Shown here: piece after piece, positions 1 to 11,743 of the stretch
Position numbering within the stretch: the stretch's first letter is position 1
Layout of the letters: each line of letters begins with the position of its first letter
From: Octopus sinensis
Lineage: Eukaryota
Length of the DNA stretch: 64,000 bases
NCBI RefSeq assembly: GCF_006345805.1
Contig: NW_021824954.1
Coordinates: 186,001 to 250,000, forward strand
Direction: 5' to 3'
The notes under the pieces: model-generated
What the model was told of the DNA's origin: nothing
The model's database searches: none
Seen by the model: only the letters and a program-made list of their open reading frames with translations
Made by a program: the position numbers and the translations under genes

Positions 1-39
1 ACAAACTGCTCAACTAAAAGAAGGAAAAAGGGCATTACT

Positions 40-200
40 GCATCTATACCAAAGAATTGTTAACCCCAGGTCAGCAAAGATTTAACCAGATCTACAATGA
101 AGGGTGTTCCAGCCGTGATCATCCTGTATAAAATTCAGATATAGCATGTCTAGGAGCACGAGTGATTTAAGGAAGATTTGGTTGATATTTCTGGTAGCTT
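40..200 (+). repeat. Degenerate short interspersed repeat (family F: ...ccaggtcagc...ttccagccgtgatcatcc...gatttggttgatatttct)
   Basis: Same motif recurs near 7370-7425, 7612-7765, 8040-8240, 8820-9050, 12500-13270 (minus) and 39375-39560 (minus). Confidence 0.6.
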
Positions 201-597
201 GAGCGATAATAAAAAAATTATCTTGTTAGTTCGTCAGTCGATAAGTTATTATCACGTAATATGTTCAGAATTAACAGACGATTACAAAGGCCCACATCCA
301 CCCTGACTCATGTTCATTTCGTAACTGAGTAACAAGTGCGACTTATTTAGTTTGGCATTAGTGCCTTGGATCTAAAACAAGATTTATGCTATTGAAAGCC
401 AGGCAAAAGAACATCTGTGAATTGCACAATGGCGCAGTAGCATTCTTACTCATTGTGTTACGTGTTGCAACGTTGTACTTGAACTGATATGATTTGGAAT
501 ATTTAGTCAACGTATCTAGCTTGCTTCACCGACACCTGATCGATAATAGCAGCTTATTGAGTACTTTTGTGACTGTAAAATGTGTGTGTATGTACAA

Positions 598-598
<1 letters not shown>

Positions 599-658
<60 letters not shown>
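599..658. repeat. (TA)n microsatellite
   Basis: Pure TA run; source of the YIYIYI ORFs. Confidence 0.98.
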
Positions 659-659
<1 letters not shown>

Positions 660-888
660 GCATTGCGTCGAACCAGGGGCAGCTGATGAAGGGGAATATT
701 CCTTGTATTCTGTACTCTGTTTTTTCGTTGTTAAAAAAGTCCGTTTCCTTGTTTGTTTTTGTTTTCGTTTCTCGTTGTTCTACGTTTATTTGTGGTGTTC
801 TGTACTCATATATATATATACATATAGATGTAGGTATGTACATATATGTATGTATGTATGTATGCATATGTTTTATTTATTAAATTGT

Positions 889-919
<31 letters not shown>

Positions 920-1709
920 GTGTGTATGTGTATTTCAGACAAATTACACAGAGTTTTTTCAGGGAAAAAACGCCCACCTTCTTCCAGCTGTTGTTGGTGG
1001 TAGTGTGTGTGTATTGAAAGGAGAGAAAGAGAGCGAAAATGGTCAGATATTGCTTGGTATTTCCTAAATATAACTGAAAAGCTTAAGACCATGGCATTTC
1101 ATAACAAAATCTTCTGTTACATCACATGCATGCACGCACACGCACACTTTAAATTTATCTAATTACTTGTTCGCAAAATCTTGCTCAAACACGCATACAT
1201 ACACACACGTAGCATCCGAGAAAAGAAAATTAGTGGAGAGATAATGTTAGAGGTAGATATTTAATAAGAGTGATTGAAGGGAGGTCGAGATACATTAAAT
1301 TTGTTAAAATGTCGTTGGTAAGATGAAGAGAAACACAAGTTAGGGAGAAATCAGTAACATTCAGAACAAACATTTTCTGGCCTAACCTTTAAATATTATT
1401 TTAGTTTAACAGAAACGATCTCTTGTTTTGCTGCGGTGTATGATGTATGTGGTATTTAATTATCTTCCAAGATATCCTTGCATATATATAATGACACACC
1501 CGAGATATGCAAGCAGGATGAGCATGATATTATTACATTAGCTGTTGCCTCTCAATAAATGTAATCTTCATTAAGATTCTCAGTCTGATGATTAACTACG
1601 TTGGGCAGGACTCATTACATAACAATTGCATCACGTGCTTCTGCTAGCTAAAAATGGAGCGTACATTTTCTGCGTTCAACTCAATTTAGATTTTTATTCG
1701 CGTTTTCAG

Positions 1710-1786
1710 CAGATTGAGTTGCCAAGTGTGAGCTATGTAGAAACTCTGTTTATCGAATTTCTTCGCAACTTCGATATGGGGAAAAA
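1710..1786 (+). CDS. Candidate coding exon QIELPSVSYVETLFIEFLRNFDMGK, possibly M13/neprilysin-like peptidase
   Basis: Acceptor tttttattcgcgttttcag at 1709 and donor aaa|gtgcgt at 1787; one open frame; phase-2 end joins 10324 in frame. Confidence 0.4.
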
Positions 1787-1944
1787 GTGCGTAATTTTCG
1801 ATGTCAATAAATTGTTATTGTATTTTATTGTGTACTGTCCACTTTTTGTTCTCTCTACTAGCCACATACTGCTTGAAGCTTACAAACTTCGTACATTCGG
1901 AAACCCGGATCGTTTTTATATAAACATATACTTCTTTTATCTTT

Positions 1945-2284
1945 TGTTTCAGTCATTAGGCTGCGGTCATGCTGGGGTACCGTCTTGAAAATGTTTGAAA
2001 CGAATGAATCGACTCAATACTTTTGTTTAAGCCCAGTACTTATTCTATGGAACTCTTGACGAACCGCTAATTTATGGGGATATAAACACACCAACACCGG
2101 TTGTCAAGCGGTGGTGGGGACAAACACAAATACGACGTGCTGCTTGCTGGTTTCGTCTACCTAATCGACTCACAAGGCTTTTAGTCGGCTCTAGGTTATA
2201 TATAGCAGAAGACACTTGCTTAAGGTGCCAAGTAGAGGGACTGAACCCGGAACCTTGAGGTTGGGAAGCAAACTTCTTACCATA
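1945..2284 (-). mobile_element. tRNA-derived SINE, family C
   Basis: Matches 35087-35473 (+) in reverse: head tggtaagaagtttgcttcccaacc, ggcaagtgtcttct, tail gcttgacaacc...gaataagtact. Confidence 0.85.
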
Positions 2285-2382
2285 CACACACACACATACA
2301 GTATTGGTTTCAAAATTTGGCACAAAGCCAGCAATTTCGGGGTGGGGTGGGGTAGTCGATTGCATTAACCTCAGCGCTCAAT

Positions 2383-2420
<38 letters not shown>

Positions 2421-2699
2421 GAAATGAGGTACTCAGAAATCTGGATGGTTTTATATATATACATACACACACATACATACACAACTCCATAGTTTGTGTA
2501 TTTTATATATGCCTAAAACATTTTATCATAAAATTATCCATCTATCTATTGTATGTATATATGTGGGCTGGTAGGTAGGTAGGCAGGTAGGTTAGGTATG
2601 TAAATACACAAGCCAGCTGCTATAGAGTGAGCGAGCTCTTTAAAGATCAACGTTGTGGGAAGTGTGAACAGCTGGGAAGAGATGGAAAATTTTCCCTTC

Positions 2700-2852
2700 A
2701 CTATCCGATATATACATATACATACATATATATATTATATACATACATATATATATTATATATATATATATATATATAATATATTACATATATATATGTA
2801 TATATACATATACATTATGTATATATACATATACATATATATATATACATAT

Positions 2853-2886
<34 letters not shown>

Positions 2887-2893
2887 ACATATA

Positions 2894-2928
<35 letters not shown>

Positions 2929-2932
2929 CATA

Positions 2933-2967
<35 letters not shown>

Positions 2968-2990
2968 ATGTGTATATATGTATATATATA

Positions 2991-3037
<47 letters not shown>

Positions 3038-3052
3038 ATATATGTATATATA

Positions 3053-3136
<84 letters not shown>
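2700..3136. repeat. Compound TA/TACA microsatellite
   Basis: Direct inspection. Confidence 0.95.
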
Positions 3137-3138
<2 letters not shown>

Positions 3139-3333
3139 CTTTGCTATTATGTTATGTCCATTTATGGCCAAATGGTTTAACTTTATGGCGTATCGTCAGA
3201 TACCAAAAGCTAAAACCTTTACGGACAGGAAATCTAAGGTAATCCCATAAACCGGCCTTCCCCATTTTTAATATATTACTGCTCTACATCTTAGTGTGTG
3301 CATCATCTTTCGTATTTTTTTTATAGAAACGAC

Positions 3334-3369
<36 letters not shown>

Positions 3370-3428
3370 CATTATTGGTGAATTGAAGAAATGGAGCTGA
3401 ACGCAGATTGAACAGAAATCGTTTTTCA

Positions 3429-3508
3429 TTCTACACGTGTTTCGAAAGGCACAAATTACCAAAATCCGATTGAATAATGGGACCATATTGTGTCTTTCTC
3501 TTCAGGAA
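3429..3508 (-). ncRNA. Mirror copy of the hammerhead motif on the other palindrome arm
   Basis: Reverse complement of 3692-3771. Confidence 0.8.
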
Positions 3509-3691
3509 GAAAAAAGGAAATCCGTTGGAAAAACAAAAACAGAACAGAGGCGGAGCAAAAAACAAATCGAACTGTGCTCCTAAGAGCCCATGGCGAAAGA
3601 GTTTCGCCATGGGCTCTTAGGAGCACAGTTCGATTTGTTTTTTGCTCCGCCTCTGTTCTGTTTTTGTTTTTCCAACGGATTTCCTTTTTTC

Positions 3692-3771
3692 TTCCTGAAG
3701 AGAAAGACACAATATGGTCCCATTATTCAATCGGATTTTGGTAATTTGTGCCTTTCGAAACACGTGTAGAA
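3692..3771 (+). ncRNA. Minimal type-I hammerhead ribozyme motif
   Basis: ttc-CTGAAGA-gaaagacacaa...ttgtgcctttc-GAAA-CACGTG-TA-gaa; stem III palindrome ACACGTGT; GUA cleavage triplet. Confidence 0.8.
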
Positions 3772-3977
3772 TGAAATAAAACGATTTCTGTTCAATCTGC
3801 GTTCAGCTCCATTTCTTCAATTCACCATAATGTTTTAATTTCAATTATCCGCACCAACGCACGGTTGCAACGCCAGATGGTTGTACCTCCAACCGTGCTG
3901 TTTACTGCTGTGATTTTTGCTACTAAGGTATCGGTTAAACTTTTGATTAATCTACTACAAGATTATTCATCTTTCTA

Positions 3978-4008
<31 letters not shown>

Positions 4009-5589
4009 TGTACGTGTATGTGTGTGTATATATATGTGTAACAGATATACACATGTATAGGTAATACATACATGTAGACACGCATTACATGCTATAACTG
4101 CGTTTTAACTGTGTAAATTAGGAGACGAGCGTCGGACTTGTCTTAAAGACAAACAGGCGGATCTAATAAATTATAACTCTTTCTGTCTAATCAAGGCGGA
4201 GAAGCGGTATTTGCTCTGGCTTTTTAGCGTCCTGTGTTCAAGACACACTGAGGTCAACTTCGACCTTCATTCTTCAGATGTCCACAAAATAACGTATTAA
4301 GTCTAGGACGGTGGATGGACGGAATTATAAGTGCGTTGAACAAAATACTTTGTCATATTTCCTCTGGCTCTTTATTTTCCGAGTTTGGCTGTCATGTCAC
4401 TTGTGCATACAAAGCTGTATCGGCCCCTACCTTTCTTTTGGAGAACATTTATGTTGAAGGAACGAGGCTTGCTGCTTGAGCAACTGCTAGTTTTGCCATA
4501 AAATAATTTTGCTCTGGCCTGTGCTCTAGAAAGGGATTTTCTTGAGGCACATACGTAATCAGATCCAGAGTATGTATTTTTGCGTAAGAGGTCTGTTATA
4601 TGAAGACTTTAGTGTAGATTGCTTCTTTTCATTGTGTAGCCCTAACTGAAGAAATCTGTGTTCAAAGGTGTTTTAACCATAAGAGAATTACTTTGACGAG
4701 TCATTTCTTTTTAAGACGGTAGAGTGAGATTTGAAAAATTAGGTTGCTATTTGAGCGATTATGAAAAGATTCCACTGTTGTCTTTGAACATTTACATTCC
4801 GATGAATGTCCTAGTTATATATAAATTTATATTTCAGCAGTTATCAGTGATGCTTAGTCTTAGCTCAGCCCTGATTGAGCTTATATCTCTGATAAAAAGT
4901 CATGATCGGTTATTTTGTTTTTTATTCAGCCACAATGCTTCAAAGATTACCATTATACTACGTAGCATTATTTAAAATAACAAAAAGCTGGAGTAGATGC
5001 TTTGTTTTAATCATCACTGTTGACGCCAGGCAAGAACATGGTGACATTCAGAAGTATGCGACTTGAGGGGTTGATATTGCCAGGAGGAGCAACGACTTCG
5101 ATGCTCCATGTGCGCGCGCACACACACACACCCATACATTAAATACATGCATCGCAAATGACTCTCAGAGCAAGCAAGCAATTGTGACTTGTGAAGAACC
5201 TCATTCATTCCTAGTCCGTTCAGCAATCGACTAGTCCCATTCTATGCACTTTTGCCCGCCATTACACTTCTCTCTATATACTCTATAATCAAATCTTTAT
5301 TGTATGATATTCCCTTTTACCGTAAGTAGGTTTGAAAAACGTAAGCAGAGATCGGCGACGATAAATTTTAAGGGATGAAATTGGGTACGCGCGCGCATAT
5401 ATATTCATGTGAGAGAGTAATTAGGAAGGACTAGGGTACTCATTGTGTCTGAGAAAGAGAACTCGATACATTTGTAAAGATTTATTATAGGGATTGGAAA
5501 GTTCAATACATTACAAGCCAGGAATTTCCATTTAGATACCTGTATGTATGTGTAAACACACACAATCTTTAGACAAGCCTCGACCTACA

Positions 5590-5592
5590 TAA

Positions 5593-5623
<31 letters not shown>

Positions 5624-5655
5624 CTTACATACATATGTATACACATACATATATA

Positions 5656-5688
<33 letters not shown>

Positions 5689-5721
5689 CTTACATACATA
5701 TGTATACACATACATATATAT

Positions 5722-5784
<63 letters not shown>

Positions 5785-5810
5785 CACACACATATATATC
5801 CATATATATC
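5590..5810. repeat. Compound CA/TA microsatellite
   Basis: Direct inspection. Confidence 0.95.
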
Positions 5811-5849
5811 AACATATTCGCCATGATAGATCGTTAGTCACTACACATT

Positions 5850-5996
5850 CTTTATTTTCTCTCCTTGTTTCTTTCTGTGGAAGAGCGTAGGCTCGAAACG
5901 TTAAATACTTTTTCACTTCTCGAGCGTTAAACTAATACATATGTTTGTTGCCTATACCACCTGTCTTCGTCTTTTTTTTTTGTGAATTCTCCCTAT
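5850..5996 (+). mobile_element. PLE pLTR-like fragment (family g) with variant hammerhead core
   Basis: cttt-CTGTGGA-a-gagc-gtag-gctc-GAAA-cg-TT-aaa; related copies at 18974-19045, 19557-19677, 23853-23991, 25370-25470 and 25498-25582. Confidence 0.6.
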
Positions 5997-6000
5997 ATGT

Positions 6001-6214
6001 TTCTTTATTATCCACAAGGGGCTAAACATAGAGGGGACAAACAAGGACAGACAAACGATTAAGTCGATTACATCGACCCCAGTGAGTAACTGGTACTTAA
6101 TTTATCGACCCCGAAAGGATGAAAGGCAAAGTCGACCTCGGCGGAATTTGAACTCAGAACGTAACGGCAGGCTACGCATTTCACCCGGCGTACTAACGAT
6201 TCTGCCAGCTCGCC
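6001..6214 (-). mobile_element. tRNA-derived SINE, family B
   Basis: Head ggcgagctggcagaatcgttag, B-box-like gagttcaaattcc, core ggtcgactttgcctttcatcctttcggggtcgataaattaagtaccag; near-identical copy at 24735-24965. Confidence 0.9.
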
Positions 6215-6265
6215 GCTTAATTCTCCCTATATATATCTACATACACATTTATGTATACACATACA

Positions 6266-6349
<84 letters not shown>

Positions 6350-6376
6350 CACACATATATGTATGTGTATACATAA

Positions 6377-6429
<53 letters not shown>

Positions 6430-7427
6430 TAATATATATATATATATTAATAATAAAATAAAACATATGCATATATATAAACATATATGTACGTACCTAC
6501 CTCTACATGTACATATACACGCATATATAAGTACAGGACACCAAAAGGACGTCGAACACAATGAGAAACGAAAACATAGACACAAACCAAAGGAACTGGA
6601 CATTTATTTAAAAACAACAAAAAAATAGAGTACAGGACAATTAACACAAAGAAAAAAACCCCTTCTTCAGTCGCTATGGTTTCATCTACTCTACGTTTCG
6701 AAGGATTGTGTATACATACATCTATATATAAGGTGCACTAGCCAGACTAGCGATTTGGTCGGAGATCGTGTGTTAAAAATAAAACATTTGTAGCGTGGAA
6801 GACATACTAGGTATTCAAAAACACACCAAGACAGTTAATTTCATTTGAACATTTATTATCTGTTGTCAAAATTTTCGTCGCACCAACTGCGACTTGTGCA
6901 CTGATGTGATTCGACCGCATCTCATTATATATATCTCTATCACACACACACACACACATATGTAAATATGATTGATAATGCCGATCATTCTAGATAATCA
7001 AGTATTTCTGGATCAGTCACCACTCTGCTATTACTGCTGCAGCTGCTGCTATTAAAATTATCACCCTCCGACATTACCATGGCAACAAATTGTGGGGCAA
7101 GAGTGTTGTTTAAGGCAACATAAAGGCTTTGCTTGTTAGTAGTTGTTGTTAGCAATGGTGTCGGTGTCGACGTTGGATAGATGATGCGTGGTGACAGTAT
7201 GGATGAGTAATGGTGATAGAGTTATAAGACCGTCGTGGTGGGAACAATGACGTGACGATGGCGTCGCTATTATTCGTCATTGTTGAAGGAATAACTATTG
7301 TGGTAGCGAGTGATATTGGTGATGATGGTGTTGCTGGCACGATAGTATTATTCGTGGTTGTATGCTGCCAGGTCAGCTCAGTTCAAGCCAAAACCGTTCT
7401 AGCTGTGACCATCCCATCTTTTCCTAC

Positions 7428-7593
7428 GAGCAGAGGGCCTAGACCCATATCGAATGTGTCGCTTTTTAAAAATGATATTCTATGGTTCCAAGAAGATATG
7501 ACTGCTCTTTTTAGCAGGATAGCTGCTCTGTCATTGGCTCGACCTGGGGATGAACTTAACTTTTCATAGTTCTCTGTCTGTGGTGTTGGTGGC
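7428..7593 (-). CDS. Candidate coding exon (R)PPTPQTENYEKLSSSPGRANDRAAILLKRAVISSWNHRISFLKSDTFDMGLGPLL, unknown protein
   Basis: Acceptor ttttgtgttttacatgtttctag; single open frame in non-repetitive sequence; donor ctc|gtagga is weak. Confidence 0.25.
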
Positions 7594-10109
7594 CTAGAAA
7601 CATGTAAAACACAAAAGGGCATTCCAGCCGTGGCTACACCGTTTTCCTTTTGTAGGACACCCAGTATTACATTATCCATTGTGTCCTTTTCTAAGACATT
7701 GTGTGTACGCAATTTGAAGGAGATTTAGCTGTTATTTCTAACAAGTCGAATGATTACGTAGAACTTCTCTCGCTGACATGAGCTTGCGTAGGTGCTAATG
7801 GTAATGAGAGGGAGAGGGGTTATAGTAGAGCATGAGAGGGTGCTGGTGGTGAGATCTTGGTGGCGATGGCGACAGTGAAAATAGAAAAAGGAATGATGGT
7901 GGCTGCGTTGGTGTTTAGTGATGGATATTGAAGTAATAATTCTTACGAAGGCAATGAGGCCCCAAAGAATGAAAATGGAAGAACGTATGTTGTGACACTG
8001 ATGCTTCTTCCTAACGCATCAGCTATGACTCTAAGTTGTTATTTAACCCCAGTTCAACCCTGATCAAATAGACCTATGATCAAAAGTATGCTAACCATGA
8101 CCATCACGTTAATTTCATTAAGTAAACTAATACGATTGTATGAAAGGTTACATTATCCATTACGTCTGTTCTTGTTTTAAGATGGTATTGTGTGATTTGA
8201 GGACGATTTGGTTACTATTTCTAACAGGATGAGTGAACACGATGCTACCTATACATTAAGCTCGATGTATGTGGAATAAAGCCATTATAGTTGTTTAGCG
8301 CCCCCATGCCAACCATGAGCGAGCAAGCCAATGATCAACAGCATTCCAGCCGTGAACATCCCACCTTTTTTGCGTGTGCATGGAACGCAGGAACCACATT
8401 AACTAACGTGCCCTTTTTTATGAGAAGAAAAGTGTTATATTATAAGGATCTGTGATAGTTGTTTCAAGCAGTCCGAACACAATATAAAGGGTCTTGCTGG
8501 CTCGGTCTTCCCTTTTCTTTTTTTAAGATGGTAGGGTGTGATTTACGGGAGGTTTGACTACCATTGTGTTTTAAGTGAGGAACGGTGTATATTATATATA
8601 TATAACACTCACATAAAGAAGGGAGGAGCTAGGGTAAAGCTGGTTAGATGTTAATGAGGATGAAAATGTACAGAAAGCGTGGGTGGGATAACACAGGGCG
8701 GGCCAGTACTGAGAGGGAGAGAGAGGAGAGTAGAGAAAGGTCCTTGTAGGTAAAAGGTCGGTGGTAGTGGGGCTTTAAAACTGACAAAGCTAACTCCCAT
8801 ACTTTTCGATTGTAATGGCAACTTTTAGCTGTTGTTTAGTTTCATGTCAGCCCTGATCGAACAGATCTGTAAACCGAATGCATTTCAGCCATGGACAGCG
8901 ATCCCACATCTTTTTCCCTCTGTAGGTAGAGTGAATCACAAGACTATCTTGTATGCTTTCATTTATAAGATGGAGGATGGTAAATAGTTTGAGGGATATT
9001 TGGCTACTATTTCTAGATGATCAAGCAGCCACGTTGAGGCGGCATCGTTAGTTCCTTTTTTGTTGTCTGGCTTTGGTGATGTTAATGATTATAGTGGATA
9101 TGATGGTTAATGGGTTAGAATAAATAGACGAATTTGTCTTTTTCAAATTCTTCTTAATTTCGTGATAGGTAGATTGGATGGATGAAATGGTTTACACTCC
9201 TCAGATGCACGTTTTTCCCATTCTAGGCTACATACAACCAACGAATTTGAATCCCTAAATTGGAAGATTTTGCAAATTTATTGGCAGAAATGTGGCAGGA
9301 GTGAATCTAATCTAAAGACATGTCTTCGGTGGTTCAACAAAGGACACAATGTCAATGTTCTCTTAATGACTTAATTTTAACAGTAACACCAACAACAATA
9401 TTTACTATGTATCATTTTCATCCATAAAAAAAAAATGACAAACAGGAAAAAGAACAACAAATTTTGAAGAAAAAGAATGGCAACAATAAATAGAACAACG
9501 AAAAGACACAAATAATATTAAAATATTAAGATCTGAACTTTCTTGGTTTTGGTGGGGAAATATATCGCTACCATTATCAAAACTCCCTTACTATGTTCTT
9601 TTCTTTCCGAGTCAAAACTAACGTCCGAAACGTCGAGATAATTCCTCATTCAAGCATGACATTAGCACCATATTCATTGCACTGTTCTTTCTATGTTCCT
9701 TCTTTACAGATTTCAATATATATACATATATATATTATTCATAATACATGTAACTCCTACTGTGTTGATTGCCTTTTCTTTCGTTTGTCGAGTCTCTCGT
9801 GAGTGCGTATGTGTGTGTGTGTATATGTATGTATACACACATCGCGTATATACGCATCGAGTGTCGAGACAATGTAACGTGTATAATAGTCATACACATA
9901 CTGAATGATACTCTACTGCGTTATATCCATATACACCAGTTATGGGTCAATGTATGTAATTATTATTGTCAGCAGAATATCAAAGTAAAATTGTTCTAAA
10001 CTTTTTCTTTTTCTTTTATTCTGTGTCGGCAACGTACACGTAAAACAGCCTATCAATGTTAGTCATGATCAATCAATTTAACTGTCTGTCTGTCTATATA
10101 CACATGTCA

Positions 10110-10196
10110 CATACATACATACATACATACATACATACATACATACATACATACATACATACATACATACATACATACATACATACATACATACAT

Positions 10197-10230
<34 letters not shown>
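10110..10230. repeat. (TACA)n microsatellite
   Basis: Direct inspection. Confidence 0.97.
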
Positions 10231-10231
<1 letters not shown>

Positions 10232-10323
10232 TATATTACATAGTATATATAATACACATGGAAACCAATTAAATCTATAACAGTTCCTTTCATTCTCTTC
10301 TCCCTTCAACTTCTTATTTCTAG

Positions 10324-10398
10324 AAATTTCGGAAATTACATTCTGTGGACATTCAAAGAAATCGAACAGGATATATTAACATCGAAATCTATTTCGAG
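10324..10398 (+). CDS. Candidate coding exon (K)NFGNYILWTFKEIEQDILTSKSIS, M13/neprilysin-like NYxxW motif
   Basis: Strong acceptor cttctcccttcaacttcttatttctag; in phase with 1710-1786; donor cga|gtagac is weak. Confidence 0.4.
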
Positions 10399-10469
10399 TA
10401 GACTCAACAATTATAATAATTCTTTCAACTTATAGGCACAAGGAATGAAATTTTGTGTTGTGTGTGTCT

Positions 10470-10635
10470 ATGTGGGTGGTTGGGGGTCTAGTCGATTACA
10501 TCGAATCCAGAACTTGACGTTTTAGTTTTTCGACTCCGAAAGTGAAGGTTGAACTCGGCCTGATTTGAATCCAGAACCTAAAGGCGGAAGAAATGCCGCT
10601 AAGCTTTTGGGCTGGTATGCGAGCGACTCTATCAG
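10470..10635 (-). mobile_element. Degenerate SINE, family B
   Basis: tagtcgattacatcga...ttgaactcgg...gatttgaa...ccgctaagc matches family B. Confidence 0.7.
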
Positions 10636-11180
10636 TCTACAGCCTTTATCAACAATTATAACAATGATAGGAATGGAATGATAATTATTTCGTAGAGAAG
10701 CTGAAAAGCATAAAATTTTGTGGGGATGGAACAATGGGCTTCAGAACTTCAATCGTACTTCCTTTTTCAGTCCCGGCAGGATGAAAGCGAAGATGATCTT
10801 CGGATTTGAGAGAATGTAGACACAAGATAAATTGCTGCAACAGCAAATATATACACGATACTCTAACTGTTATGCCAATCCATAGTAGTAATTCTTTCTT
10901 CATACCAATCCATAATAACGAATTCTTTTATTGGACTTGAATGCCCAAGATGTTGTGGATAGTAGTAGTAATCATTTTTAACGTGGTAAAAGTCCATTAT
11001 ACCAATTCCAGTACTGGACTGGTAATTTATCGAACCCGGAATGGTGAAAGCAAAGTTGACCTTGGCGGGATTTGATCTCAGGACGTAAAGAACCAGAATA
11101 AATACTGTAATGTGTTTTATTCGAATCCGATAATTTTTTATATTGGACTTTGAGTGCCAAATACATTGATGATGATGATG

Positions 11181-11204
<24 letters not shown>

Positions 11205-11213
<9 letters not shown>

Positions 11214-11417
11214 TAGCACAAGGCCTGAAATTTGGAGAGAAGGAATAAACAAGTCAATTACATCGATCCCAGTGCGTAACTGGTACTTATTTCATCGTTC
11301 CCGAAAGGATGAAAGGCTAAGTCAAACTCGGTGGAATTTGAACTCAGAACGTAACGACGGGCGAAATACCGCTAAGCATTTTAGACAGGTGTGCTAACGA
11401 GTCTGCCAGCTCCCGCC
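11205..11417 (-). mobile_element. tRNA-derived SINE, family B variant
   Basis: ggcgggagctggcagactcgttagcac head and family B core. Confidence 0.85.
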
Positions 11418-11419
11418 TT

Positions 11420-11483
11420 ATTAATAATAATAATAATAGTAATAATAATAATAATGATAATATAATAATAATAATAATAATAA

Positions 11484-11531
<48 letters not shown>
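11420..11531. repeat. (AAT)n microsatellite
   Basis: Direct inspection. Confidence 0.97.
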
Positions 11532-11648
11532 TCTTTTATTAGCCACAAGGGCTTGCATAAAAACAACATGAAATGACAAAACAGGACGATACAAACGGAT
11601 TTTAAAACGTGAAAACAAAAATAACAATAAATATCAAAAATCTCTTAC

Positions 11649-11743
11649 CTGTTCTTCGTATACTTTCGTCATGTTTTTGTTGGTGAATGACAATATTTTT
11701 ATATTGATATATATTTACGAGTGTTTATTATACTATTTATAGA
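11649..11743 (-). other. Candidate 95-nt exon: 5'UTR plus possible start codon (MTKVYEEQ)
   Basis: Acceptor ctgattttctctctccaacag; donor CAG|GTAAGA; ATG preceded by an in-frame stop. Confidence 0.4.

Larger units (their letters stand above)
3368..3834. repeat. Near-perfect palindrome, arms about 231 bp with a 3-nt loop (GAG, 3599-3601); PLE pLTR-like fold-back
   Basis: ccatggcgaaa-gag-tttcgccatgg at the centre; arms complementary out to aacattattggtg / caccataatgtt with two small indels. Confidence 0.95.

Noticed and set aside
660-720. CTGATGA core-like motif (similar partial motifs at 6660-6705, 24115-24135 and 35650-35680)
   Set aside because: No GAAA, stem III and cleavage site in register; counted only as decayed pLTR pieces
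3456-3744. Two nearly identical 84-aa ORFs on opposite strands
   Set aside because: Artefact of the palindrome; no start context or homology
5014-5110. GC-richer stretch with open frames on both strands
   Set aside because: No credible splice sites or homology
9227-9300. Plus-strand candidate exon LHTTNEFESLNWKILQIYWQKCGR
   Set aside because: Good acceptor but weak donor, no recognised homology, and it would break the frame of the M13-like pair
9600-9640. cGAAAcgTCgaga hammerhead tail
   Set aside because: No intact core or stem II upstream
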